Source: Deltaproteobacteria bacterium
Lineage (GTDB): Bacteria > Myxococcota_A > UBA9042 > PHBI01 > JACKFB01
Length of the DNA stretch: 64,000 nucleotides
NCBI GenBank assembly: GCA_020632695.1
Contig: JACKFB010000013.1
Location: forward strand, 119-64,118
Reading direction: 5' to 3'
Part shown: piece after piece, positions 42,437 to 52,351 of the stretch
How the letters are laid out: each line of letters starts with the position of its first letter
How positions within the stretch are numbered: position 1 is the first letter of the stretch
Notes under the pieces: model-generated
Database searches by the model: none
What the model was told of the DNA's origin: nothing
The model's input: only the letters and a program-made list of their open reading frames with translations
Translations under genes and position numbers: made by a program

Positions 42437-43198
42437 TTGCGCGTGGAGGAGCCGCTGAGTAGAACCTGCGGCGGAATCGTCCTGGAGGCTCTCTTGGCTG
42501 ACTTTCCGCTGGTCCACGTCACCCCGGCCGGCGAGCGCACGCTGCTGGACTACTGGGGACGACTCGACGGAGAGCTCTCGGAGCCGGCGCGCCACCTGCT
42601 CAACGTCCTCGCCCGTTCGCTGGCCGAGCGCGGCTGGCTGGCCGCCCCGCAGAAGGTGCTGGGCCAGCTCGTCGAGGGCGGCGAGGACCTGCAGACCCTC
42701 GCGCGGGCGATGGCCGACCTGCTCCGCTACCGGCTGGTCGAGCTCAGCCCGGACCGCAAGGCGTTCAGGGGTTTCCTGGGTGCCATCTCCATCGCCACCA
42801 CGCCGCACCGCGCCCACCTGGCCAACGGCGTCGACATCTTCTGCTGGGGCGGGCTGGATCTTCTGGGCATGAACGCGGCCCTGGCGCGCCCGGTCGACGC
42901 GTTCTCCCGCTGCGGCCACTGCGACAGCGCCATCACGTTCCGCATGGAGGACGAGGCCATCGTCGACCTCTCGCCGACCGGCCTCGCCGGCTTCCAGGCC
43001 GAGTGGGACGGGACCGAGCCGCTGCCCGCCGTCAGCGCTCGCTCGCCGCTCTTCTGCGGCGACGCCTGCCTCAACGCCTGGATGGACGCTCACGACGAGC
43101 CGCCGGGCATGCCCATCTCCGGCGATCTGCTGCTGCTCATCGGCACCGGCCTGGCCAACGCGCTGGGCGAGGCCCGCTTCGCCCTCATCCGCGGCTGA
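42437..43198 (+). CDS. Alkylmercury (organomercurial) lyase MerB-like protein, orphan
   Basis: [38 protein letters not shown] resembles the MerB core (C-x2-D-x-L ... C). No merR, merA or merT in the window. Confidence 0.55.
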   Translation: MRVEEPLSRTCGGIVLEALLADFPLVHVTPAGERTLLDYWGRLDGELSEPARHLLNVLARSLAERGWLAAPQKVLGQLVEGGEDLQTLARAMADLLRYRLVELSPDRKAFRGFLGAISIATTPHRAHLANGVDIFCWGGLDLLGMNAALARPVDAFSRCGHCDSAITFRMEDEAIVDLSPTGLAGFQAEWDGTEPLPAVSARSPLFCGDACLNAWMDAHDEPPGMPISGDLLLLIGTGLANALGEARFALIRG

Positions 43199-43403
43199 GC
43201 CCCCGACCGCGGAAGCCCGCGCTGGCGTTGTTCTTGCTGGCGCGGCGACCCGCCTTTTTTGACGCTCGCCGGGCCGCACCCGAGACTCGCCCCCGTCGCG
43301 ACCCAACCACCGCGGCCCGGGCGGCTGACCGGGCTGCCAGAGACCACGCACCGCGTCGGGCCATCGGTCCGGCGACGGGCACGCGTGCGCCCCGAGGCAG
43401 TCC

Positions 43404-44285
43404 ATGTCCATCGTCTCGATGGCGTCCCGGCGTCCTGACGCCGCCGCCCCCGCTCTCAGCCGCCGCGACGCCTGCGTCGAGCCCCCTCAGCCCATCCTGA
43501 AGTGGGCCGGGGGCAAGCGCAGCCTGTTGCCCGACCTCTGCGCGCGGCTGCCGGCGCGCTTCGAGCGCTACTACGAGCCATTCTTCGGCGGGGGCGCGCT
43601 CTTCTTCCACCTGCTGCCCGACGTGGCCCGCCTCAGCGACGTCAACTCCGAGCTCATCGACCTGTACCGCGTGACCCGCGACTCGGTGGAGGAGCTCATC
43701 GAGGACCTGCGCACCCACCGCTACGAGCGCGGCTACTACTACGCGATGCGGGCCACGGATCCGCGCACCCTGGGCCCGGTCCAGCGCGCCTCCCGCACCA
43801 TCTACCTGAACCGCACCTGCTTCAACGGCCTGTACCGCGTCAACCGGCGCGGCCAGTTCAATGTGCCCATGGGGCGCTACCAGGACCCGGTCATCTGCCA
43901 GGCCGACCGCCTCCGCGCGGCCTCCCAGGCGCTGGCGGGCGTCGACCTCCGCGACGCCGACTTCACCTGGGTGCTCGACGAGGCTCGCGCCGGGGACTTC
44001 GTCTACTTCGACCCGCCCTACCAGCCGGTCTCGCGCACCGCCAACTTCACCAGCTACGCCCGCGGCGACTTCGGCGAGAAGGACCAGGCCCATCTGGCCG
44101 AGGTCTTCTCCGCGCTGGCCTCCCGCGGCGTCCACTGCATGCTCTCCAACAGCGACACCCCGCTGGTGCGCGACCTGTACGGCGAGTTCCGCTGCGAGCG
44201 CGTGTTCGCGCCGCGGGCCATCTCCCGCCGGGGAGACGGCCGGCAGTCGGTGGCAGAGGTCATCGTCCTGAGCTACGATCCGTGA
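43404..44285 (+). CDS. Dam-family (D12 class) N6-adenine DNA methyltransferase, orphan
   Basis: [16 protein letters not shown] (motif X/I, SAM binding) and [10 protein letters not shown] (motif IV DPPY). No adjacent restriction endonuclease. Confidence 0.85.
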   Translation: MSIVSMASRRPDAAAPALSRRDACVEPPQPILKWAGGKRSLLPDLCARLPARFERYYEPFFGGGALFFHLLPDVARLSDVNSELIDLYRVTRDSVEELIEDLRTHRYERGYYYAMRATDPRTLGPVQRASRTIYLNRTCFNGLYRVNRRGQFNVPMGRYQDPVICQADRLRAASQALAGVDLRDADFTWVLDEARAGDFVYFDPPYQPVSRTANFTSYARGDFGEKDQAHLAEVFSALASRGVHCMLSNSDTPLVRDLYGEFRCERVFAPRAISRRGDGRQSVAEVIVLSYDP

Positions 44286-44370
44286 TCGCGGGCGGCGGCT
44301 GCCTCTCCGCGTGAGCCGGCGCCCGGCGCGACTGGCGGAGGCGGATTCCCGCTGCTAGGATGCTGCGACG

Positions 44371-46227
44371 ATGGTGGATCGCATCACTGAGGGTGTGCGG
44401 GTGTGCGTGCGCTGCGGACGCGAAGGCGGACTGCGCGACGTACGTTGTGCCGAATGTGGCTTCGACCTGACGTCGGACCTGCAGCGGGATTACGACCGCT
44501 ACCGCAGCAGCACGTCCGGGCGGGGAGGGGGACCGGCGACCGCCGCGTTGGACGCCGCCCAGCCGCGCAGGAAGACCGCGCCCAATCTCCAAGGCGCCAT
44601 CGGGAAGACGACCCCCGCCCCGGGAGCGGCCGTGCTGGACGCCGCCCTCGACGACGCGCGCCGCACCCGCGCCGGGCGCTCGGCGCCCGCGGCGCAAGGT
44701 CAGGCGGGGCGGACCCGAGGCGGCGGCCAGCGGGTGCCGAGCCCAACCTCCCTCCGGCCGCCGGCCCCGCCGCGTCCGGCGTCGCGACCCAGCAGCATCC
44801 ACGCGCCGGTGGCGCCGCGTCCGGAGCCCGACGAGGGAGACGAGCCGGAGTCGGTCGCCAACCTGCTCTCGGACCGCGCGCCGGATGACGACGCGGCCTT
44901 CGGGGCGGAGGCCGGGCCGCGCACGTCTGCCTGGCATCCCGGCGCCGCCACCGAAGAGGCCGGCGCGGAGACCGAGGCCTCCGATGCGGACGACGCGGCG
45001 TCGCTGGACGCTCCAGTCACCCGCGCCTGGGGCGACCTGGACCTGCCCGCCGGCGCGCGGAGCGGCGAGGCGATCGACGGAGGCCCGACGGCGGCCGCCG
45101 AGAGCGCGGCGTCGGAGCCAGACGAGTCGGAGCCAGGCGACACGGAGCCGGACGAGGAGGAGCCGGACGAGGCGGACACGGCCGAGGTGCTGGCCCAGGC
45201 GGCGGCCGAGGCGGTCACGGCGGCCGCGGCGGCGAGCGAGTGGGCCGCGGAGACGGTGGCCCATCCCGAGGACGAGGGCACGGCCGGCCCTCACGCGGAG
45301 GCCCCGGCGGGCATCGATGGGGGCGCCACGGCGGATCCCGAAGTGGACGACGCGCCCACCGAGGAGACCGTCGCCCAGCCCGACGAGGCGACGGTGATGA
45401 TCGCCGCCGCGGACGTCGAAGCGGCGCTGGGCGCGGCTCCCGAGCCGGACCCGATCGAGCAGGCCGCGGCTCCCGAGCCGGCCGGGACGCCGGCGGTCGA
45501 GGCCCTGGATCCGCGCATCGAGGCGGCGGAGTCCGACGCGACCGTGATGCTCGACGCGGTGACTGCGGCGGCCGCCGCCGTCGAGGCGGAGCAGCCACCT
45601 GCCGAGGAGCGCACGGTGGCGATGGCCTATCCCGTCGACGAGGACGACGCCGAGGCGCCCCCCGACGACGAGGCGCGCACGGTGGTCGCGCCGTCGCCCT
45701 TCCACGCGCGGGCCGCCGCTGCGGAGCCCGTCGAGGACGAGCCCGACGACGCCCGCACCGTGGTCGACGCGCGCGTCCAGGCGCCGCCCGCGGCCGCCGC
45801 GCCGGACACCGGCCGCAAGCCCGGCTCGCGCCGCAAGTCGCGCCGCCGCACCTCGGGCAGTGAGCGCGTCGCCGCCGCCCCCGCGGAGCCCACCGTCAGC
45901 GTGCCCGTGCATGAGCCCGCCCCGGCCCAGCGCGCGTCGCCGCCCACCGGCGGAGGCGCCGCCGCGTCCAGCACGCGCGCAGCCAACGACGCGGCCATGG
46001 TCGCGGCAGCGCTGGCCCCGTCCCACGCCTTCGCCGCCGGCGGCACCCCGCGCTCGGGCCCGATCTCCCAGAACCTCCGGCCGGGGACCACCACCTACGT
46101 CGACGCCACGCGCCGCGGCTTCCGGCGCCCAGGCACCCAGGAGCGCGACCTCTCCGGCGCCTACATCGCGGCTGGCGTGGTCCTGGGCCTCGCCGTGCTG
46201 GCGGCGCTGCTCTACTTCGTGCGTTGA
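44371..46227 (+). CDS. Zinc-ribbon N-terminus, long acidic Ala/Glu/Asp/Pro-rich disordered region, C-terminal TM anchor protein
   Basis: VCVRCGREGG...RCAECGF (two CxxC). About 500 aa of low complexity. C-terminal LSGAYIAAGVVLGLAVLAALLYFVR. High third-codon G/C supports coding. Confidence 0.55.
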   Translation: MVDRITEGVRVCVRCGREGGLRDVRCAECGFDLTSDLQRDYDRYRSSTSGRGGGPATAALDAAQPRRKTAPNLQGAIGKTTPAPGAAVLDAALDDARRTRAGRSAPAAQGQAGRTRGGGQRVPSPTSLRPPAPPRPASRPSSIHAPVAPRPEPDEGDEPESVANLLSDRAPDDDAAFGAEAGPRTSAWHPGAATEEAGAETEASDADDAASLDAPVTRAWGDLDLPAGARSGEAIDGGPTAAAESAASEPDESEPGDTEPDEEEPDEADTAEVLAQAAAEAVTAAAAASEWAAETVAHPEDEGTAGPHAEAPAGIDGGATADPEVDDAPTEETVAQPDEATVMIAAADVEAALGAAPEPDPIEQAAAPEPAGTPAVEALDPRIEAAESDATVMLDAVTAAAAAVEAEQPPAEERTVAMAYPVDEDDAEAPPDDEARTVVAPSPFHARAAAAEPVEDEPDDARTVVDARVQAPPAAAAPDTGRKPGSRRKSRRRTSGSERVAAAPAEPTVSVPVHEPAPAQRASPPTGGGAAASSTRAANDAAMVAAALAPSHAFAAGGTPRSGPISQNLRPGTTTYVDATRRGFRRPGTQERDLSGAYIAAGVVLGLAVLAALLYFVR

Positions 46228-46390
46228 CGCCGGCGCCCCCGCCGACACCGCGCCGCGACGCTCGCGGCACGGGTCCGCGGGCCCAGGCTCCACCCCACTC
46301 CGCGTGGCGCCCGCCGCCGGGCCCCGCGGCTTGCGCCGGCGAGGCGCCCGCGCTATCAGCCGCGCCTCCCCGCACCGCCAGAGCCCGCGC

Positions 46391-49120
46391 ATGAACTGTC
46401 CATCGTGCAGCCACCGGAACCTGTCCGACTTCCCGTTCTGCGAGCAGTGCCTGGCGCTGCTCCCGGTGCGCCCGGGGTCGGTCGCGCGCGGCGCCTTCGC
46501 GCTCGACGACGAGGGGCCGGGACCGGACGGGCCCGGTGGCCCCCGCTGGCCTCCCTTCCCGTGGAACCCGCCCGACCTGGAGGACCCCCTCATCGGCCGC
46601 GACCGCGCCGTGCGCGACCTGATGGAGGGCTTCGAGGAGGTCATCAGCACCTGGAAGGCGCGCATCCACCTGCTGGTGTCCGAGTCCGGCATGGGCAAGT
46701 CACGGGTCGCGACCACCTTCGTCGAGCGCGCCCGCGAGCGTGAACCGGACGTGCGCGTCATCCGCGCCCGCTGCCCCGCCCACGGCGGCCCCTTCCGGAT
46801 GTGGGACGCCGTGCTCCGGGCTGCCTTCGAGGTGCCCCACGACGCCGACGGCATCGTGGCGGGGGCCCGCCTGGCCCAGGCGGTGCGAGAGGCCCTCCCG
46901 GAGGATGCGGCCGAGGTGACCGGCCCCATCGCGTGGCTGCTGGACTGGGAGGTCGAGGGCAGGCCCGATCCCGGCCCCGGCACCGACCAGGAGGCGCTCA
47001 TCGGCCGGGGCACGGCGGCGCTGGCCCGGTTGCTGGCCACCATCTCCGTCGAGCGCCCGATCCTCATCATCATCGACCACGCGAACACGGCCAGCGCTCG
47101 CAGCCTGGCGCTGGCCGGCGCCGTCGAGACCACCGTCAAGGGGCGCCCGCTGATGCTGGTGCTCACCGGGTCCCCGGAGCTCGCGGCCATCCTGCCGGGC
47201 TGGGACCACTTCCCCTCCACGCGCCTGGAGGCCCTGGGCGCCGCCGACGCCGAGCGGATGCTGGCCTGCTACCTGGCCGGGCTCGGCCCTGTCCCCCGCG
47301 AGCTGACCCGCCGCATCCTCGACCGGGCCTCGGGCAACCCCTTCGCCCTCAAGTCCATCGTGCGCTACCTCCGCGAGTCCGGCGCCATCGTCGCCGCCGA
47401 GGGGCGCTTCGTCCTGGACGAGGAGGTCGCGTGGGACCTGGACATCCCCGACAACCTCGAGGGCGTGGTGCTGGCGCAGATCGGCCGGATGCCGGCGGCG
47501 GTGCGTCAGACCCTGGCCCGGGCGGCGGTGGTCGGCGCCGAGTTCTGGGTGGGGGCGCTGGTCTCGCTGGAGCGCCTGGAGTCCGACGGCGAGACCGAGC
47601 CGGGCGCCATCAGCAGCGACCGGGTCCCTGCCGGCATCCGCGAGAGCCTGGAGGCCCTGGCGCAGCTCCGCTTCGTCGAGCGCCGGACCAGCCGCCTCCC
47701 CGGTGAGGAGGCCTGGGGCTTCCGTTCGCCCGTCCACTGGTCGACGGCCTCGGGGATCCTCCCCGCCACCACCCAGGAGCGCTACCACCGCGTGCTGTGG
47801 CAGTGGCTGCTGGTCCACGCCGGCCCGCGCGTCGACGAGCACCTGGTGGACCTCGCCCGCCACGCCGAGGCGTCGGGCGCCGCCGGTGACGCCGCACGCT
47901 TCTTGTGGCGCGCCGCCAGCCGCGCCGCCAGCGAGCACCACCACTCCGAGGCCCGCCGCCTGCTCGAGGAGGCCCAGACGCTGGTCGATCCCGACGACCT
48001 GGAGACCCGCCTCCGCCTGGATCTCGACCTGGGCGATGCCCTGGCGTTGGCCGGCGATCTCGAGGGCGCCGGGCAGCGCTACCACAACCTGCTGACCTCG
48101 GCCTGGCGCCTGCGCCACCGGGGCCACGGCGCCACCGCCCTGGCGCGCCTCGGCAGGGTGGAGACGCACCGCGGCGAGCTGGACCGCGCCTATGCCCATC
48201 TGCTGCAGGCGCTGCGGCTCTTCCAGGCCGTCGAGGACCGCGCCGGAATCGCGACGGTCTCCCTCGACATGGGCCGGCTCTTCTGGCTGCGGGGGGCCTT
48301 CGACCAGGCGCTGCGCTGCTACCGGAAGAGCGAGGACGTCTACCGCGCGCTGCGGGATCGCCGCGGCCTCGCCGACAGCCTCCACCCCATCGGCGCGCTC
48401 CACTACGATCGAGGCAACCTGGCGCTGGCCGACGAGTACCTCGGCGACGCCCTGGACCTGCGCCGCCGGCTCGACGACCGCGCCGGCGTGGCCCAGACCC
48501 TGACCACCCTCGGCGTGGTGCACCTGGCGCGCGGTGAGGCCGAGTCGGCCGTCGCGGCCTGGCGCGAGGCCCTGGCGCTGGCCGAGGAGCGCGTCGATCT
48601 GCCCACCCAGGCCACCCTCGCCGACAACCTGGGCGAGGCGCTGGCAGGCCTCGGGCGCCTGGACGAGGCGCGCGAGCACCTCGAGCGGGCGGTGTCCCTG
48701 GCACGGGACGCCGAGCAGCCGCGCATCCTCGTCGACGCGCTGAGGAACCTCGCCCACCTGGCCGCGCTCGCCGGCGCGCCCGACGCCGCCGAGGCGCGGC
48801 TGGCCGAGGCGCGGCGCGAGGCCGCCAGGCTCGGCATCCCGCGGCTCGAGGCGTTGATCGACCGCACCGAGGGCGACGTGGCCCTGGCGCGGGTGAGCGC
48901 CGACGCGCAGGCGGATCTCGGCCCCGGCGAGCGAGCGTACCGGCGGGCCATCGCGGCCTTCGAGCAGTCGGGCTACGCCCTGGAGGCCGCCGTCGCCTAC
49001 GAGGGGCTCGCCGCCCTGCTGGGCCGCGACGCCGAGCGCGAGACCGACGCCGCGGCGATGCGTGAGGCCGCCCAGCAGCTCCGCGCCCGCCTGCCGACCC
49101 ACGCCGTGAACGCGGGGTGA
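46391..49120 (+). CDS. Zinc-ribbon – STAND/AAA_16-type NTPase – TPR repeat protein
   Basis: ATG 46391 (MNCPSCSHRNLSDFPFCEQCLALL, two CxxC). Walker A is LVSESGMGKSRVA. Walker B is PILIIIDHAN. C-terminal tandem TPRs (…ALRLFQAVEDRAGIATVSLDMGRLFWLRGAFDQALRCYRKS…). No DNA-binding or kinase domain seen. The track ORF 45860.. has a 5' extension. Confidence 0.8.
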   Translation: MNCPSCSHRNLSDFPFCEQCLALLPVRPGSVARGAFALDDEGPGPDGPGGPRWPPFPWNPPDLEDPLIGRDRAVRDLMEGFEEVISTWKARIHLLVSESGMGKSRVATTFVERAREREPDVRVIRARCPAHGGPFRMWDAVLRAAFEVPHDADGIVAGARLAQAVREALPEDAAEVTGPIAWLLDWEVEGRPDPGPGTDQEALIGRGTAALARLLATISVERPILIIIDHANTASARSLALAGAVETTVKGRPLMLVLTGSPELAAILPGWDHFPSTRLEALGAADAERMLACYLAGLGPVPRELTRRILDRASGNPFALKSIVRYLRESGAIVAAEGRFVLDEEVAWDLDIPDNLEGVVLAQIGRMPAAVRQTLARAAVVGAEFWVGALVSLERLESDGETEPGAISSDRVPAGIRESLEALAQLRFVERRTSRLPGEEAWGFRSPVHWSTASGILPATTQERYHRVLWQWLLVHAGPRVDEHLVDLARHAEASGAAGDAARFLWRAASRAASEHHHSEARRLLEEAQTLVDPDDLETRLRLDLDLGDALALAGDLEGAGQRYHNLLTSAWRLRHRGHGATALARLGRVETHRGELDRAYAHLLQALRLFQAVEDRAGIATVSLDMGRLFWLRGAFDQALRCYRKSEDVYRALRDRRGLADSLHPIGALHYDRGNLALADEYLGDALDLRRRLDDRAGVAQTLTTLGVVHLARGEAESAVAAWREALALAEERVDLPTQATLADNLGEALAGLGRLDEAREHLERAVSLARDAEQPRILVDALRNLAHLAALAGAPDAAEARLAEARREAARLGIPRLEALIDRTEGDVALARVSADAQADLGPGERAYRRAIAAFEQSGYALEAAVAYEGLAALLGRDAERETDAAAMREAAQQLRARLPTHAVNAG

Positions 49121-49752
49121 GGGAGGCAGCGCTCAGGGCCGCCGTGACACGCGGGCGCGCCTCTGGCCACGCCGCCCGCGGGTTGGCGGTCGCCCTGGGC
49201 GCGCTGGTGGCCATCGTCGCCCTGGCGCCGCCTGCGCGCGCGGAGTTCGACTGGCCCGCCCGCATCCCGCTGCCGCACCACGACATCGCCGTCGGCCTCA
49301 GCGGCGGCATCGTCATCGGCGAGGATCTGGGCGACAGCGCGCGCCACCGCCCCATCTACGGCCTCGCGGGGCTCGACGTGAGCTGGCTCCACGGCCTCTT
49401 CGGCCTTCACCTGGGACTGCACGCCCACCCGGAGGGCACGACGACCCGCGTCGGCGGCACCCTCGAGGCCTCGGTCTGGTACGTCGTCATGCTGGGCATC
49501 GGCGCCAGCTACGGCGTCACCACCGGGGACGGCGACCCCGACGTCCCTCACCGCGCCCGCGGGCTCAGCTTCTTCGTCGGCGTGCCCATCCCCATCGCCA
49601 GGCTGGGCGCGGGTCACGGAGCCCTGGTGCTGGTGCCCTACGTGCGGCCGGGGGTCCGCTTCATCGGGCGCGGCGACCTCGCCGGATTCCACCAGGCGGG
49701 CGTGCAGCTCCGTTGGACCTCCTTCAGCTTCCGAGCGAGGCCGCGCGAATAG
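49117..49752 (+). CDS. Small secreted protein, Gly/His-rich, possibly beta-rich
   Basis: Start overlaps the AAA-TPR stop (GTGA). Signal peptide LAVALGALVAIVALAPPARAEF. Confidence 0.5.
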   Translation: MREAALRAAVTRGRASGHAARGLAVALGALVAIVALAPPARAEFDWPARIPLPHHDIAVGLSGGIVIGEDLGDSARHRPIYGLAGLDVSWLHGLFGLHLGLHAHPEGTTTRVGGTLEASVWYVVMLGIGASYGVTTGDGDPDVPHRARGLSFFVGVPIPIARLGAGHGALVLVPYVRPGVRFIGRGDLAGFHQAGVQLRWTSFSFRARPRE

Positions 49753-49982
49753 CTGCCGGCCGGCCTCGACCGCTCCAACGGCCGCCTCCGCCGCCCGGCC
49801 CCCTGCGAGACACCCGCGGTGTGCGTCGGCGTCCGGTCGCGGGATCCGGCTCGCCGTTGCGGCCGAGCCGACTCGGCCCGTGTGCTCGCCGACCCTCCGA
49901 GCGCCCGCCCGGTAAAAGGTCTTTGCGCGATCGGCCGATCGATCGGAGGCTCGGGCCGCCCGGTGACGAGGACGGTCCGACG

Positions 49983-51041
49983 ATGCGAGCGAAGAGCAGG
50001 GTGGCTCCGGCCTATGAGACGGTGGAGGTCTCGACGTCGGACGGCTTCGCCCTGAGCCTCTTCCACAGCGCGCCGCCGCTCGGGACGCCGGCCCCGCGCG
50101 CGGCCCGCCCGGTGCTGCTGCTCCCCGGCGCCAACGCCAACCACCTGGGCTTCGGGCTGGACGCGGCGACCTCGCTGCCGGCCGCGCTCAACGCCGCCGG
50201 GCTCGACGCCTGGCTGCTGGACTTCCGTGGCTCGCGCTCCAGCCGCTACCTGGGCGAGGGCAGGGCGCCGATCGACCTGGATCGCAAGCTGGTCCACGAT
50301 CTGCCGGCCGCCCTGCGCGTCGTCACCGAACGCACCGGCTCACGCCGCGTCGACCTGGTCGGCCACAGCCTCGGCGGCCTGCTGGCGCTGCTGCACTGCG
50401 GGCGCCCCGAGACCCGCGACGTCGGGCGCCTGGTGGTCGTCGCCACCCCCACCACCTTCCGGCACCACCTGGGGCCGCTGACCCGCCTGGCGGCGCCGCC
50501 GGTGCGCGCGCTCGCGCCCATGGCGGCGCGCCTCCCCGGCCTGGCCATCGACCGGCTCGCCCGCTTCCCCGGCCCGGCGCGGCACCTGGTGGCCCTGCAC
50601 CGCCACGTCCGCTGGCGCACCACCGACCGACACGCCCGCCGCGCCTGGCTCGAGGGCGGCATCGAGGACATGGCCGGCGGCGACCTGGCCCAGCTCATGC
50701 GCTGGATCGGCCACGGCCGCCTCCTGGCGGTCGACGGCGAGGACTACGATCTGCGCCTGGGCGCCGTCACCGCGCCGACGCTGGTCATCACCGCGGCGGG
50801 AGATCGCTTCCTGCCCGCGTCCTCGACCCGCGAGACGCTCGCCCGCATCGGCTCCGTCGAGAAGGAGCACCGCGTCATCGGCGTGGCCCACGGCGCGGCC
50901 TACGAGTACGGGCACTCCGACATCCTCCTCTCGCCCCACGCCGCGAAGGACGTGCACCCCCACATCGTCGACTGGCTCCGGCGCTCGCTGCCCGGAGCCG
51001 CGCCGGACGCCGACGCGGTCGACGAGGCCGTCACCGGCTGA
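49983..51041 (+). CDS. Alpha/beta-fold hydrolase
   Basis: ATG 49983. VDLVGHSLGGLLAL (GxSxG) and a downstream GHSDIL (His) are consistent with an Asp-His-Ser triad. The track ORF 49713.. has a 5' extension. Confidence 0.75.
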   Translation: MRAKSRVAPAYETVEVSTSDGFALSLFHSAPPLGTPAPRAARPVLLLPGANANHLGFGLDAATSLPAALNAAGLDAWLLDFRGSRSSRYLGEGRAPIDLDRKLVHDLPAALRVVTERTGSRRVDLVGHSLGGLLALLHCGRPETRDVGRLVVVATPTTFRHHLGPLTRLAAPPVRALAPMAARLPGLAIDRLARFPGPARHLVALHRHVRWRTTDRHARRAWLEGGIEDMAGGDLAQLMRWIGHGRLLAVDGEDYDLRLGAVTAPTLVITAAGDRFLPASSTRETLARIGSVEKEHRVIGVAHGAAYEYGHSDILLSPHAAKDVHPHIVDWLRRSLPGAAPDADAVDEAVTG

Positions 51042-51209
51042 CAGGGTCAGCGAAGAGAGCCGCCGGGCGGTCAGGGCGGCCCCAGCGACTGCCTCCGCCG
51101 CCGACCGCCGGGGACACCGCGCCTGATATGTCGTCTCGCCGGTGCCGCCGATCCGACTCGGCCCATGTCCGCGCCAACCCTCCGAGTCACGCGCTCACCG
51201 GACCAGCGC

Positions 51210-52079
51210 TCACGGGCGCGCCCCGGCGACCCGCGCAGGCCCCCGGACGCTGTACTCGCCAGGATCGGCCCGCTCCTTCGCGCGACCCAGGTGGAACACC
51301 AGCTCCACCGTGGGCGCGAAGATCACCGTCCGTGGCGTCTTCTCGGTGAGCGAGCGGATCCCCTCGCCCCGGTCGACGATCCAGCTCAGGTACTGCGGGA
51401 AGATGAAGCGCAGATCCATGCCGACGGCCACGTGCGGCGAGAGCTGATAGAGCATCCCGACGCCCGCCGCCTGGTGGAGCCCCTCGAAGGCCTTGCGGGC
51501 GTCGGGGGTGTCCGGCTGCACCTCCTGCTGCAGGCGCGCCGAGGGGTGGTACGCGCCCACCGAATAGCCGGTGCCGTAGAAGAGGTTGAAGTCCCAGGCG
51601 CGCTCGTCGTGGTCGATGCTCAGCTCGGCCGGGTGCCAGCGGATCTGGACGCTCAGGTGCGCCGCACCCTCCGAGGCACGCGCCTTGCCGTGGCCCATGG
51701 CGACCAGCTCCAGCGAGACGTGGCCGCGGATGTTCCAGCCCAGGCGCACCTGGGCCGCCGCCCCCGAACCGAAGCGCGTACGCGACATCTCCCGGAAGAT
51801 GTCCTCGGCCGCGACCGGCTCGCCGACCGTCGGATCGTCGCGCGCGTAGACGCAGCGGAGCGCGCCGTCGGCATCGGCCTCCGCCCAGAGGTAGGGGCCG
51901 CCGTCGTCGCTCGCGCAGGCTCCGCGCGTGTCGAAGCGCACGCCGCGGGTGCCGGAGGCGGAGGCGGCGCCCACCCCCAGCGCCACGTAGAAGCCGTCCT
52001 CGATGGCCCGCGCGCCACCCCCCGATCCCACGATCAGCCCGGCCGCGACTAGCGAAACGACGGTACGCACGGATCTCAA
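51210..52079 (-). CDS. Putative outer-membrane beta-barrel protein
   Basis: Signal peptide (M/L)RSVRTVVSLVAAGLIVGSGGGARA after TTG 52079 or GTG 52070. Alternating amphipathic strands. C-terminal …VELVFHLG. Confidence 0.5.
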   Translation of the reverse strand: MRSVRTVVSLVAAGLIVGSGGGARAIEDGFYVALGVGAASASGTRGVRFDTRGACASDDGGPYLWAEADADGALRCVYARDDPTVGEPVAAEDIFREMSRTRFGSGAAAQVRLGWNIRGHVSLELVAMGHGKARASEGAAHLSVQIRWHPAELSIDHDERAWDFNLFYGTGYSVGAYHPSARLQQEVQPDTPDARKAFEGLHQAAGVGMLYQLSPHVAVGMDLRFIFPQYLSWIVDRGEGIRSLTEKTPRTVIFAPTVELVFHLGRAKERADPGEYSVRGPARVAGARP

Positions 52080-52351
52080 TGCGCCTCCTGCCGGCCCCCG
52101 CCGAGCGCACGCTCGGAGACCATCATACACTCCGACCCGCCTGGAATGGAGACCGGCGCCTCCTCCGGATACCGAGCGGGGGTCATTGGCGGTTGCGGAC
52201 GCCATCCCGCATCGCTACCCTCTCGTGCATTCGAGCCGGTCGCCGTTGTCCCGGCCGCCCCAGGGGAGGGCGCGCGCGCGGCCCCCGCTCCCACCGCCCC
52301 ACCCGCCTCGGCGACGAAGGGCAGGGCCGTTCCACGTCTGCGCGAGTCCAG

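Noticed and set aside
44260-47220. 986 aa minus-strand ORF antisense to the Zn-ribbon and AAA-TPR genes
   Set aside because: It is Arg/Gly/Ser low-complexity junk antisense to two plus-strand genes that have real domains (Walker A and B, TPR).
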